The notes under the pieces were generated by a model that saw only the letters and a list, made by a program, of their open reading frames with translations, was not told the origin of the DNA and ran no database searches. This document shows, one piece after another, positions 18,667-27,203 of a DNA stretch of 32,000 nt (within the stretch, counting starts at the first letter, position 1; each line of letters starts with the position of its first letter). Origin of the DNA: Candidatus Arthromitus sp. SFB-rat-Yit (lineage in GTDB: Bacteria; Bacillota; Clostridia; Clostridiales; Clostridiaceae). A program made the translations under genes and the position numbers. The DNA lies in assembly GCF_000283555.1 (NCBI RefSeq), contig NC_016012.1, positions 1,470,001-1,502,000 on the forward strand, written 5' to 3'.

Positions 18667-20229
18667 ATGAAAAATACCTACTATATAACAACACCTATAT
18701 ATTATGCCTCAGGAAATTTACATATTGGACATACATATACGACAATAATGAGTGATTCAATAGCTAGATTCAAAAGACTTCAGGGATATAATGTAAAATT
18801 TTTAACAGGAACTGACGAACATGGACTAAAAATACAACAAAATGCTGAAAAAGCTTCAAAAAATCCTAAAGAATATGTTAATGAAATAGTTGAAAAAATT
18901 AAGTTTCTTTGGGAATTGTTTAATATAGATTATGACATATTTATAAGAACAACTGATGACTATCATATAGAAACTGTTCAAAATATATTTGAAAATTTAT
19001 ACAAGAATGGAGATATCTACAAAGGTACATATAAAGGACATTATTGTATACCTTGTGAATCATTTTTAACAGAAACTCAGTTAATTGATAATAAATGTCC
19101 AGACTGTAAACGTGATGTAATTATACAAAAAGAGGATGCTTATTTTTTCAAAATCAGTAAATATGCTGATAAATTATTAAAACACATAGAAGAAAATCCA
19201 TTATTTATTCAACCAGAATCACGAAAGAATGAAATGATAAATAACTTTATAAAACCTGGACTTCAAGATTTATGTGTTTCTAGAACTAGTTTGAAATGGG
19301 GAATACCTGTAAAATTTGACAGCGATCACGTTGTTTATGTGTGGATAGATGCTCTATCAAATTACATATCTGCCTTAGGTTATAGAAATAATAGGGAAAA
19401 TCTTATGGATTCTTTTTGGCCTGCTGATCTTCATGTTGTTGGAAAAGAGATAGTTAGATTTCATGTAATTTATTGGCCCATTATGTTATTTGCGCTTAAT
19501 CTTCCTCTTCCAAAACAGGTATTTGGTCATGGATGGCTTCTTATAAATGGAAATAAAATGTCTAAATCTCAAGGTAGTGTAATTGATCCTATTATTTTAT
19601 CAAAACATTTTTCAATTGATTCTATAAGATATTTCCTTTTACGTGAGGTTAATTTTGGAAATGACGGTGTATTTAATAATGAATTGTTTATGATGAAAGT
19701 GAATAGTGACTTGTCTAATTTATTAGGTAATCTTATATCAAGAACCATATCTATGGTAATAAAATATTTTAACGGCGTTATTCCTAATCAAACTGAAATA
19801 TTGAATGATGATATGGAACTTATAAATTCAGTTAAAAATTTAAAGGATAAAGTTACTTCATACATGGATCAATTAAAAATATCAAATGCATTATCTGAAA
19901 TATTTAATTGTATAAGCCTATCAAATAAATATATAGATGAAACTAAACCATGGATTCTTGGCGGAGATAAAAATTCTATAGATAGACTTAAAACTGTTTT
20001 ATACAATTTATGTGAATCTATACGTGTGTTTTCAATTCTTCTATCTCCATTTATGCCAAATACATCAAAAGAAATAAAATGTAAACTAAATTATGAAATC
20101 GACTCCTTCGATTCAATTTCAGAATTTAATGGAACAAAAGCTGGAACTATAGTTCAAAAAGGAGAAAATTTATTCCCAAGAATAAATATTGAAGAAAAAT
20201 TAAAAGAACTTTTAAACAAATACATTTAA
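18667..20229 (+). CDS. metG: Methionyl-tRNA synthetase (520 aa, no C-terminal tRNA-binding domain)
   Basis: TPIYYASGNLHIGHTYTTIMSD (HIGH-type motif), GTDEHGLKIQQNAEK, CIPCESFLTETQLIDNKCPDC, FGHGWLLINGNKMSKSQGSVIDP (KMSKS). Confidence 0.97.
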   Translation: MKNTYYITTPIYYASGNLHIGHTYTTIMSDSIARFKRLQGYNVKFLTGTDEHGLKIQQNAEKASKNPKEYVNEIVEKIKFLWELFNIDYDIFIRTTDDYHIETVQNIFENLYKNGDIYKGTYKGHYCIPCESFLTETQLIDNKCPDCKRDVIIQKEDAYFFKISKYADKLLKHIEENPLFIQPESRKNEMINNFIKPGLQDLCVSRTSLKWGIPVKFDSDHVVYVWIDALSNYISALGYRNNRENLMDSFWPADLHVVGKEIVRFHVIYWPIMLFALNLPLPKQVFGHGWLLINGNKMSKSQGSVIDPIILSKHFSIDSIRYFLLREVNFGNDGVFNNELFMMKVNSDLSNLLGNLISRTISMVIKYFNGVIPNQTEILNDDMELINSVKNLKDKVTSYMDQLKISNALSEIFNCISLSNKYIDETKPWILGGDKNSIDRLKTVLYNLCESIRVFSILLSPFMPNTSKEIKCKLNYEIDSFDSISEFNGTKAGTIVQKGENLFPRINIEEKLKELLNKYI

Positions 20230-20260
20230 AGGCAAATAGAATTCTATTTGCCTTTAAATG
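20221..20260. terminator. Perfect 40-nt palindrome at the metG 3' end, probable terminator
   Basis: ACATTTAAAGGCAAATAGAATTCTATTTGCCTTTAAATGT is its own reverse complement; includes the metG stop codon (20227-20229). Confidence 0.8.
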
Positions 20261-20485
20261 TATTTGTTTGGATAATACTATACAATTATATATATATTTT
20301 ACATTACTTAATTAAGAATTTTAAAACAAATTTTAAACAATACTATATGTGTTAATAATATATATATCCTATATTTTTAATATTTTAATAAATGCCTTTA
20401 AAGCCTTGAAATATATACTTATTAAAACTAAAATATTCTTATTATAATTTATAATGTAAATTATTTATTTTACGGAGGTATTTAA

Positions 20486-20929
20486 ATGAAAGTTATACTC
20501 ACTAATGACATTAAAAATGTAGGAAAAAAAAATGATTTAATTGAAGTATCGGATGGATATGCAAGAAATTTCTTATTTCCTAAAAAATTAGCCATAGAAG
20601 CTAATGATGCAAATTTAAATACATTAAATTACAACAAGGAAATAGAACGTCAAGAACGCATCAAAAAAATTGAAGAATTTCAAGAAATAGCAAATAAATT
20701 AAGAGGAAAAGAAATTATAATTACTACAAAGCTTGGTACTAACGGAAAACTATTTGGATCAATAACATCTAAAGATATTTGTAATAAAATAAATTCACAA
20801 TTCAAATTAAATATAGACAAAAAGAAAATATCATTTGAACAAATTAAATCTTTAGGAAATTATCCAATCTCAATAAAATTATGCCCAGAGGTTTCAGTTA
20901 ATATGGTACTAAAAGTTACTAGCGACTAA
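20486..20929 (+). CDS. rplI: 50S ribosomal protein L9
   Basis: MKVILTNDIKNVGKKNDLIEVSDGYARNFLFPKKLAIEA is the L9 signature. Confidence 0.98.
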   Translation: MKVILTNDIKNVGKKNDLIEVSDGYARNFLFPKKLAIEANDANLNTLNYNKEIERQERIKKIEEFQEIANKLRGKEIIITTKLGTNGKLFGSITSKDICNKINSQFKLNIDKKKISFEQIKSLGNYPISIKLCPEVSVNMVLKVTSD

Positions 20930-20976
20930 TTTTAAAACTTGATTTATATTTTATTAAGTACTAAGGGGGAGAGAAT

Positions 20977-22893
20977 TTGAATTCTGATGTTACAATCGAT
21001 GAAATTGAGAAATTAATTGAAGAAAGTAATAACATTGAGTTTAGAGTCAATGTTTTATATGAAATGCTTGAAAAATTATTTGACAAAAATATTATAAATG
21101 ATAGAATTTCTAAATTTAAATTACCAAAATATATTTCAAGTAAAAATGTTAATGAAAAACTCTATAGTATAAATGTAATTGCTAGCAATGGAAAATCATT
21201 AGTTGAGGTTCCTTCTGATAACGATTTAGAAAAAATTTATTTAATTACTAAAAATATAATAGTTGAAGAAATTAGCCGTAGATATATTCAAAGTAAAATT
21301 GAAAATGAAGTTGAAAATATATTAAATGAAAAACAAGATAAATATATTGATGAAATCAAACTACAAATTATCAAAAAAAATAAAGGTCCTGAAAATACTA
21401 AAACACTCAAAAAGTATGCTCAGCTTGAAATGTTAAACAAAAAACAATTAAATAAAAATATACAGCATCTTTTAAGACCTAAATCTTTTTGTGAAATACT
21501 TGGGCAAAATCGTCCAATTAAATCATTAATTTCCAAACTTGTTTCTGAATATCCTCAACATATTTTAATTTATGGCCCACCTGGAGTTGGCAAAACTTCT
21601 GCAGCTAGACTTGCATTAGAAGAAGCTAAAAAATTTGATTTTACACCATTTAATGAAAAATCAAAATTCATAGAGGTAAATGGAACAACATTAAGATGGG
21701 ATCCAAGAGAAGTTACAAATCCTCTGCTCGGTTCTGTTCATGATCCAATTTATCAAGGAAGTAAAAAAGATTTAGCTGAAATAGGAATACCTGAACCAAA
21801 ACCAGGACTTGTTACAGAGGCACATGGTGGAATTTTATTTATAGATGAAATTGGTGAACTTGATTTAATATTGCAAAACAAATTATTAAAGGTTCTTGAA
21901 GATAAAAAAGTAGAATTTTCATCAGCATATTATGATCCAGATGATGAAAACATACCTAAGTATATAAAATTTTTATTTGATAATGGCGCTCCTGCAGATT
22001 TCATATTAATAGGTGCTACTACCCGTGAACCTCACGAAATAAATCCTGCTCTTAGATCTAGATGTACAGAAATATTTTTTGAACCTCTCACATCAAATGA
22101 TATAGATAAAATTGTAATAAATTCTGCTGAAAAATTAAATATAAAATTAGAGGATGGTGTTCCATCATTAATAAGTGAACATTGTATAGAGGGGAGAAAA
22201 GCAACTGGAATAGTAAGTGATGCTTATAGTTATACACTATATAAGGAAAATAAAAATTCAGATATTATAATAACAAAAGATATAGTAAAAGAGGTTTTAT
22301 CATTATCCCGTATTACTCCATTTATAAATAAAGATGAAATAAAAAATCCACAAATTGGTTTAATAAAAGGACTTGGAGTTAATGGATTTTTAGGTTCAAT
22401 TTTAAATTTTGAATGTGAAACATTCAAGGCTAAAAAATCTTCAAAAGGTAAATTTAGGTTTAATGAAACTGCAGGATCTATGGCAAAGGATTCAGTGTTT
22501 AATGCATCAACCGTTATACGAAAACTTACTGGAATTGATTTAAGTGACTATGATATACATTTGAATGCTATAGGTGGTGGAAAAATTGATGGTCCATCTG
22601 CAGGATCTGCAATAACTATATGTATATTAAGCTCTATTTTAAACAAACCGATAATTCAAGATGTAGCTATAACAGGCGAAATCTCAATAAAAGGATCTAT
22701 TAAAAAAGTCGGAGGCATATTTGAAAAAATTTATGCTGCTAGACGAAATGGTTTGAATCATGTAATAATACCAAAAGAAAATAAAAATGATGTTCCTAAA
22801 GATATCGATGATATTAACATTATCTATGTAAATAATATAAATGATGTTATAAAATTTATATTTAAAGATACTTCATTAATTAATAGTATTTAA
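20977..22893 (+). CDS. Lon-family ATP-dependent protease, spore-former type (TIGR02903-like); TTG start
   Basis: AAA+ Walker A ILIYGPPGVGKTSAARLA, Walker B GILFIDEIGELD; Lon protease Ser/Lys motifs IGGGKIDGPSAGSAI and GGIFEKIYAARRNG; located rplI-lon-dnaB. Confidence 0.9.
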   Translation: MNSDVTIDEIEKLIEESNNIEFRVNVLYEMLEKLFDKNIINDRISKFKLPKYISSKNVNEKLYSINVIASNGKSLVEVPSDNDLEKIYLITKNIIVEEISRRYIQSKIENEVENILNEKQDKYIDEIKLQIIKKNKGPENTKTLKKYAQLEMLNKKQLNKNIQHLLRPKSFCEILGQNRPIKSLISKLVSEYPQHILIYGPPGVGKTSAARLALEEAKKFDFTPFNEKSKFIEVNGTTLRWDPREVTNPLLGSVHDPIYQGSKKDLAEIGIPEPKPGLVTEAHGGILFIDEIGELDLILQNKLLKVLEDKKVEFSSAYYDPDDENIPKYIKFLFDNGAPADFILIGATTREPHEINPALRSRCTEIFFEPLTSNDIDKIVINSAEKLNIKLEDGVPSLISEHCIEGRKATGIVSDAYSYTLYKENKNSDIIITKDIVKEVLSLSRITPFINKDEIKNPQIGLIKGLGVNGFLGSILNFECETFKAKKSSKGKFRFNETAGSMAKDSVFNASTVIRKLTGIDLSDYDIHLNAIGGGKIDGPSAGSAITICILSSILNKPIIQDVAITGEISIKGSIKKVGGIFEKIYAARRNGLNHVIIPKENKNDVPKDIDDINIIYVNNINDVIKFIFKDTSLINSI

Positions 22894-22896
22894 GGT

Positions 22897-23451
22897 TTAA
22901 AAATTTGGAGGAGTACTTACCCAGATGACACATGCCTCAACATGTTTAGATGTATTTTCTATATAGTGATCTGTTTCTGGTGAAAAATAAAAGGACTCTC
23001 CTTTTTTTACCCTTATCTTCCTACTTCCTAAATTTAAATAAATACTCCCTGAAATAACATATCCAAATTCTTCACCTTCATGTGGATTTTCTTTAAATGT
23101 TTTTCCCCCACCTTGTAAATATACCATAATAGGCTCCATTCTGTTTTTCTGTGAATTAGGTACAATCCAGTATATATCATGTTTCAATTCATTATTATTA
23201 GTTACAAAAAAATCATTCTTACTAAAACAAATCTTCTCATTATATTCTTCACTAAAAAATTCCTTTAAATTTGTTCCTAAGCATTCCAAAATATCCACAA
23301 GAGTAGCTATTGAAGGAGATGTCAAATCTCTCTCTAATTGAGATATAAATCCTTTAGACAATTCACTTCTATCTGCTAATTCCTCTTGAGTAAGACCATT
23401 TTTAATTCTTAAAAATTTTATTTTTTTCCCGATCTTCATTACAAACTCCAT
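22897..23451 (-). CDS. XRE family transcriptional regulator with C-terminal cupin domain; likely start at MKIGKK
   Basis: HTH IKFLRIKNGLTQEELADRSELSKGFISQLERDLTSPSIATLVDI; cupin PHEGEEFGYVISGSIYLNLGSRKIRVKKGESFYFSPETDHYIEN. Confidence 0.9.
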   Translation of the reverse strand: MEFVMKIGKKIKFLRIKNGLTQEELADRSELSKGFISQLERDLTSPSIATLVDILECLGTNLKEFFSEEYNEKICFSKNDFFVTNNNELKHDIYWIVPNSQKNRMEPIMVYLQGGGKTFKENPHEGEEFGYVISGSIYLNLGSRKIRVKKGESFYFSPETDHYIENTSKHVEACVIWVSTPPNF

Positions 23452-23586
23452 ATAAAAATTAATAAATATTAAACTTAAAGTTTAAAATAGTAAACTAATT
23501 ATAATTTAACATTATTTTATTTGTCAATTATACTAATTACCTTCTATAATATAATAATAAAATATTTTATGTAAGGAACTAATTTT

Positions 23587-24906
23587 ATGGATAATAAAAT
23601 TTCACCGAATAATATAGAATCAGAACAAACCATATTAGGTGCTATGATAATATATAAAAATACTATTCATGAAATAATAGATACTATAAATGTGGATGAT
23701 TTCTATAAAGATGCACACAAAAATATCTTCAAAACTATAAAAAATATGTTTTTAAAAGATATACAAGTAGATTTAATTTCTCTTATAGAATATTTAAAAA
23801 AAGATTCTCTCTTAGAAGAATCTGGAGGATCTTTATACATAACCGATATATCAAATTCAATAGCAACAATTGCTAATTTGCAAACACATATTAAAATAGT
23901 TAAAGATAATTCTATTTTAAGGAAACTTATTAAAATATCTAATGAAACACTTGATCGTATATATAAAAAAGATGATCCTAACTTATTAATTGAAAATATA
24001 CAGAGAAGTGTATTTGATTTATCAATATCTGAAACTAAATCTGATATTGAACCCCTAAATAATATACTAGATAGAACAATTAAACATATTGAAAACCTAT
24101 ATATTAATAATCTATCCTTTGTTGGATTATCTTCTGGATTTTACGATTTAGATTTAAAACTATCTGGATTACAAAAATCTCAAATGATATTAATAGCTGC
24201 AAGACCATCTATGGGAAAAACTACTTTTGCATTAAATATTGCTGAAAATGTAGCAATTAAAGAAAACAAAACTGTACTAATATTTTCTCTTGAAATGAGT
24301 AAAGAACAACTAACTAATAAATTAATATCATCAATAACAAAAATTAATATACAAAAACTTCAAACTGGAAATTTAGATGACTCTGATTTAGATCAATTAG
24401 TAAAAGGTACCGAAATTATATCTAGAGCCAAAATATATATAGACGATACTCCTAACATATCAATTACAGAAATGAGATCTAAATGCCGAAAATTAAAATT
24501 CTCAACAAATATAGATTTAATAATCATAGATTATCTACAACTTATGAGTGGAAATTCAAGAAATGAAAGTAGACAACAAGAAGTTTCAGAAATTTCTCGT
24601 TTCATAAAAGCTTTGTCCAAAGAAATTAATTGTCCTATAATCGCATTATCTCAATTATCACGTGCTCCAGAACAAAGATCAGATCATAGACCAATGTTAT
24701 CTGATTTGCGTGAATCAGGATCTATAGAACAAGATTCTGATATAGTAATGCTTCTATATAGGGATGAGTACTATAATAAGGACACAGAATATAAAAATAT
24801 TGCTGAATGTATAATTGCAAAACATAGAAATGGAGAAGTTGGAACTATAAAACTCGCCTGGATAGGTCAATATTCAAAATTCGAGAATCTAGATAATAAC
24901 CATTAA
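23587..24906 (+). CDS. dnaB: Replicative DNA helicase DnaB
   Basis: PNNIESEQTILGAMI, LSGLQKSQMILIAARPSMGKTTFALNIAENVA, VLIFSLEMSKEQL, DLIIIDYLQLMSG and DLRESGSIEQDSDIVMLLYRDEYY. Confidence 0.97.
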   Translation: MDNKISPNNIESEQTILGAMIIYKNTIHEIIDTINVDDFYKDAHKNIFKTIKNMFLKDIQVDLISLIEYLKKDSLLEESGGSLYITDISNSIATIANLQTHIKIVKDNSILRKLIKISNETLDRIYKKDDPNLLIENIQRSVFDLSISETKSDIEPLNNILDRTIKHIENLYINNLSFVGLSSGFYDLDLKLSGLQKSQMILIAARPSMGKTTFALNIAENVAIKENKTVLIFSLEMSKEQLTNKLISSITKINIQKLQTGNLDDSDLDQLVKGTEIISRAKIYIDDTPNISITEMRSKCRKLKFSTNIDLIIIDYLQLMSGNSRNESRQQEVSEISRFIKALSKEINCPIIALSQLSRAPEQRSDHRPMLSDLRESGSIEQDSDIVMLLYRDEYYNKDTEYKNIAECIIAKHRNGEVGTIKLAWIGQYSKFENLDNNH

Positions 24907-24937
24907 AGGAGTATTCAAAATTGAATACTCCTTTAAT
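24902..24937. terminator. Terminator overlapping the dnaB stop codon, shared with the convergent rlmH-like operon
   Basis: ATTAAAGGAGTATTCAA-AA-TTGAATACTCCTTTAAT, perfect 17-bp stem. Confidence 0.88.
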
Positions 24938-24959
24938 AATCTTAAATTCATATATTTAA

Positions 24960-25352
24960 TCATTTATGATATGGCTCATTATTAATTATTTTATATGCTC
25001 TATATATCTGCTCCAATAAAATCAAAACTAGTAAATCTTTACTCAAATTAAAACATACAAAACAGATATTATGATATAATTTATTAAATTTAACAAAAAA
25101 AATATTAATGTTTTTTACTCTATTTATAGATTTATATTTTATAATATCACTAAATTCAATAGAATTCATATATTCGCCATCTACTGTTGTTACATTAATA
25201 TTATAATCATCACGACCAATCAATTTATTATCCAAAGAATAATAAACATTAATCTTAACAAACTTAGTAATCCTTTTATAATAGTCCATTATAGCTTGAA
25301 TTAAATTTGAATTCTTTAAGTCTCTCTTGTCTAAAAATAAATTTATCTTCAC
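24960..25352 (-). CDS. RlmH-like protein A: keeps the N-terminus and C-terminal tail, lacks the SAM-binding GGS loop (GTG start)
   Basis: N-terminal MKINLFLD...LIQAIMDYYKRITKFVKINV, middle VTTVDGEYMNSIEFSDII and C-terminal LVLILLEQIYRAYKIINNEPYHK collinear with RlmH. IGGSxG is replaced by VKFNKL and the FPHQ segment is missing. Confidence 0.8.
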   Translation of the reverse strand: MKINLFLDKRDLKNSNLIQAIMDYYKRITKFVKINVYYSLDNKLIGRDDYNINVTTVDGEYMNSIEFSDIIKYKSINRVKNINIFFVKFNKLYHNICFVCFNLSKDLLVLILLEQIYRAYKIINNEPYHK

Positions 25353-25738
25353 TTTAAAAACATCTTTTCTACAAACTGTAATGCAATCAACTTAAATATC
25401 TGATGTGGATATGTAAAATCACTTAATTTAATAACATAATTACATTTATTCCTTACTTCATCACATACTCCTTCACTTCCACCAATTATAAAATAAACAT
25501 GCTTGTTAATATTTTTAATCTTATTAATTTCATTCAAATTCTTTGTACCATTTAAATCAAATAATACATACAAGCTATTTTTATTCTTATTTATCATATT
25601 TAATATACTATTACTTTCTAATCTTTTATTACTCTCCTTTATATTTATAAAATTGATCTTACCCTTGTAATTATTCTCAATTTTCTTGAAATAATCTTTT
25701 AGTATACCTACAGAAATTAAACTTACTTCCCGCAACAT
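25349..25738 (-). CDS. RlmH-like protein B: keeps the SAM-binding knot, lacks the C-terminal YRAxKIxxxEPYHK tail
   Basis: VSLISVGILKDYF N-terminus, LYVLFDLNG, HVYFIIGGSEGVCDEVRNKCNYVIKLSDFTYPHQIFKLIALQFVEKMFLK. Stop codon overlaps the start of RlmH-like A (GTGA, 4 bp). Confidence 0.85.
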   Translation of the reverse strand: MLREVSLISVGILKDYFKKIENNYKGKINFINIKESNKRLESNSILNMINKNKNSLYVLFDLNGTKNLNEINKIKNINKHVYFIIGGSEGVCDEVRNKCNYVIKLSDFTYPHQIFKLIALQFVEKMFLK

Positions 25739-26220
25739 TTCTTATACTTCTTACCACTACCACATGTACATAATTCATTCCTTCCAATTTTTACACTATT
25801 TACTACAACCTTAGATGATCTCCATTTGGATGTTATTTCTCTAATCTTTTCTTCAGTTAAAATCTCACTCCACTCATTTAAATTAAATAAATAATCTGCC
25901 TTAGCATCTAACATATTAAAATACAACTCTTCTACATTAATATCAAAATCTATTTTATCTTCTAATGTAATATTTTCTATATCTATATTTGTATTTAAAC
26001 TCTCACTTATACCATCAACAAATCCTACTATAAATTCCTCACTTATATCGTATTTTTTAGATAATTCACTAATACTAGATGTAAATTTAAAATTCTTATT
26101 ACCAAGTATATCCTTATAAATTTTTAATTCAACATTCTTATACTCATTCCAAAATACTGCTTCCCCTTTTGTCTTAACAAATTCCGTAACCATATTAGTC
26201 CATTTATTATATAAATTCAT
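25723..26220 (-). CDS. SEC-C metal-binding motif protein
   Basis: 165 aa; C-terminal VKIGRNELCTCGSGKKYKKCCGK. Confidence 0.85.
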   Translation of the reverse strand: MNLYNKWTNMVTEFVKTKGEAVFWNEYKNVELKIYKDILGNKNFKFTSSISELSKKYDISEEFIVGFVDGISESLNTNIDIENITLEDKIDFDINVEELYFNMLDAKADYLFNLNEWSEILTEEKIREITSKWRSSKVVVNSVKIGRNELCTCGSGKKYKKCCGK

Positions 26221-26243
26221 AAAAACACCTCTTTAAAATATAA

Positions 26244-26402
26244 TTAATCTATTACCATATATTTTGCATACTTATTGCAATAATTACAATAGTTATTATC
26301 CTTATTAAATTCAATATTTGGAATCAATCCATATTTATTAATAAAATCATCAATAACATAATCTATATGTTCTTCACATGAACAAAACATATTATTTATC
26401 AT
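26244..26402 (-). CDS. CxxH/CxxC small protein, YyzF/BA_5709-like (below the length cutoff of the supplied ORF track)
   Basis: Manual reverse-strand reading: MINNMFCSCEEHIDYVIDDFINKYGLIPNIEFNKDNNYCNYCNKYAKYMVID (52 aa; alternative start MFCSC at 26390). CCEEH/CxxC-like pattern, sits between yycJ and rlmH-like genes as yyzF does in Bacillus. Confidence 0.78.
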   Translation of the reverse strand: MINNMFCSCEEHIDYVIDDFINKYGLIPNIEFNKDNNYCNYCNKYAKYMVID

Positions 26403-26407
26403 TTCAT

Positions 26408-27187
26408 TTAAAACCTCATATAATTACTAGGTAAACTTCTATGTGCAACTGTTAACTTTAAATCTTTTCCAATTTTCATTCCATGATTTATAAGGATTCT
26501 TTCTGAAGTTTTATAGGCTAATTCTGGAAAATTACTTGTAATACTTAAATGACCTAAAATAATTCTTTTATAAGATATCCTTACAAGCTTAACTATTGTT
26601 AAAGCACATTCCTCATTTGATAAATGCCCATTATTACTAAGTATTCTTTCTTTTAAAAAATGTGGGTAATTACTTAATCTGAGCATTTCCTCATTATAAT
26701 TACTCTCAAGTAATACAACATCTGAATCCCTTATATTATTAAAAATATCATTTGAAATATGTCCAATATCAGTAACTACACTCAGCTTCTTTTTTTTATA
26801 TAAAACACTATATCCAATTGGATCTACCGCATCATGTGGTAATTTAAAAGCTTTAATATCTAAATCTCCAATCGAAAATTCCATTTTATCTATTATGTTT
26901 ACATTATTAACACCTTTTAACTTATCTTGAATGCTCCTAAATGTTCGTTCATTTAAATATATCGGAATATCTAATCCTTTACATATTACGCTAGCTCCCT
27001 TGTAATGATCTATGTGTTCATGAGTTATTAGTACACCACTTATCATATTTGGAGTTATATTTATTGAATTGATGGCATTTATTAATGTTTTTTTAGATAC
27101 TCCTACATCTATTAAAATATTTGTTCTATCACTACCAACTAAAAAACAATTACCAGAACTACCACTACTTATAGAACAAAATTTCAT
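26408..27187 (-). CDS. yycJ: MBL-fold hydrolase, YycJ/WalJ family
   Basis: FCSISSGSSGNCFLVGSDRTNILIDVGVS, GVLITHEHIDHYKGASV, VVTDIGHISNDI and VVLLESNYNEEML. Confidence 0.93.
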   Translation of the reverse strand: MKFCSISSGSSGNCFLVGSDRTNILIDVGVSKKTLINAINSINITPNMISGVLITHEHIDHYKGASVICKGLDIPIYLNERTFRSIQDKLKGVNNVNIIDKMEFSIGDLDIKAFKLPHDAVDPIGYSVLYKKKKLSVVTDIGHISNDIFNNIRDSDVVLLESNYNEEMLRLSNYPHFLKERILSNNGHLSNEECALTIVKLVRISYKRIILGHLSITSNFPELAYKTSERILINHGMKIGKDLKLTVAHRSLPSNYMRF

Positions 27188-27203
27188 TTTCCCCCCAAAT
27201 AAA

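Noticed and set aside
24960-25738. The two RlmH-like ORFs as one rlmH broken by a frameshift or sequencing error
   Set aside because: Each ORF has its own RlmH-like N-terminus and central strand region, and the pair totals about 259 aa, far longer than one RlmH. A frameshift would give one N-terminal and one C-terminal half.
26224-26410. Frameshifted or pseudogene reading of the yycJ/SEC-C gap
   Set aside because: Careful codon-by-codon reading gives an uninterrupted 52-aa frame from ATG 26402 to the stop at 26244.
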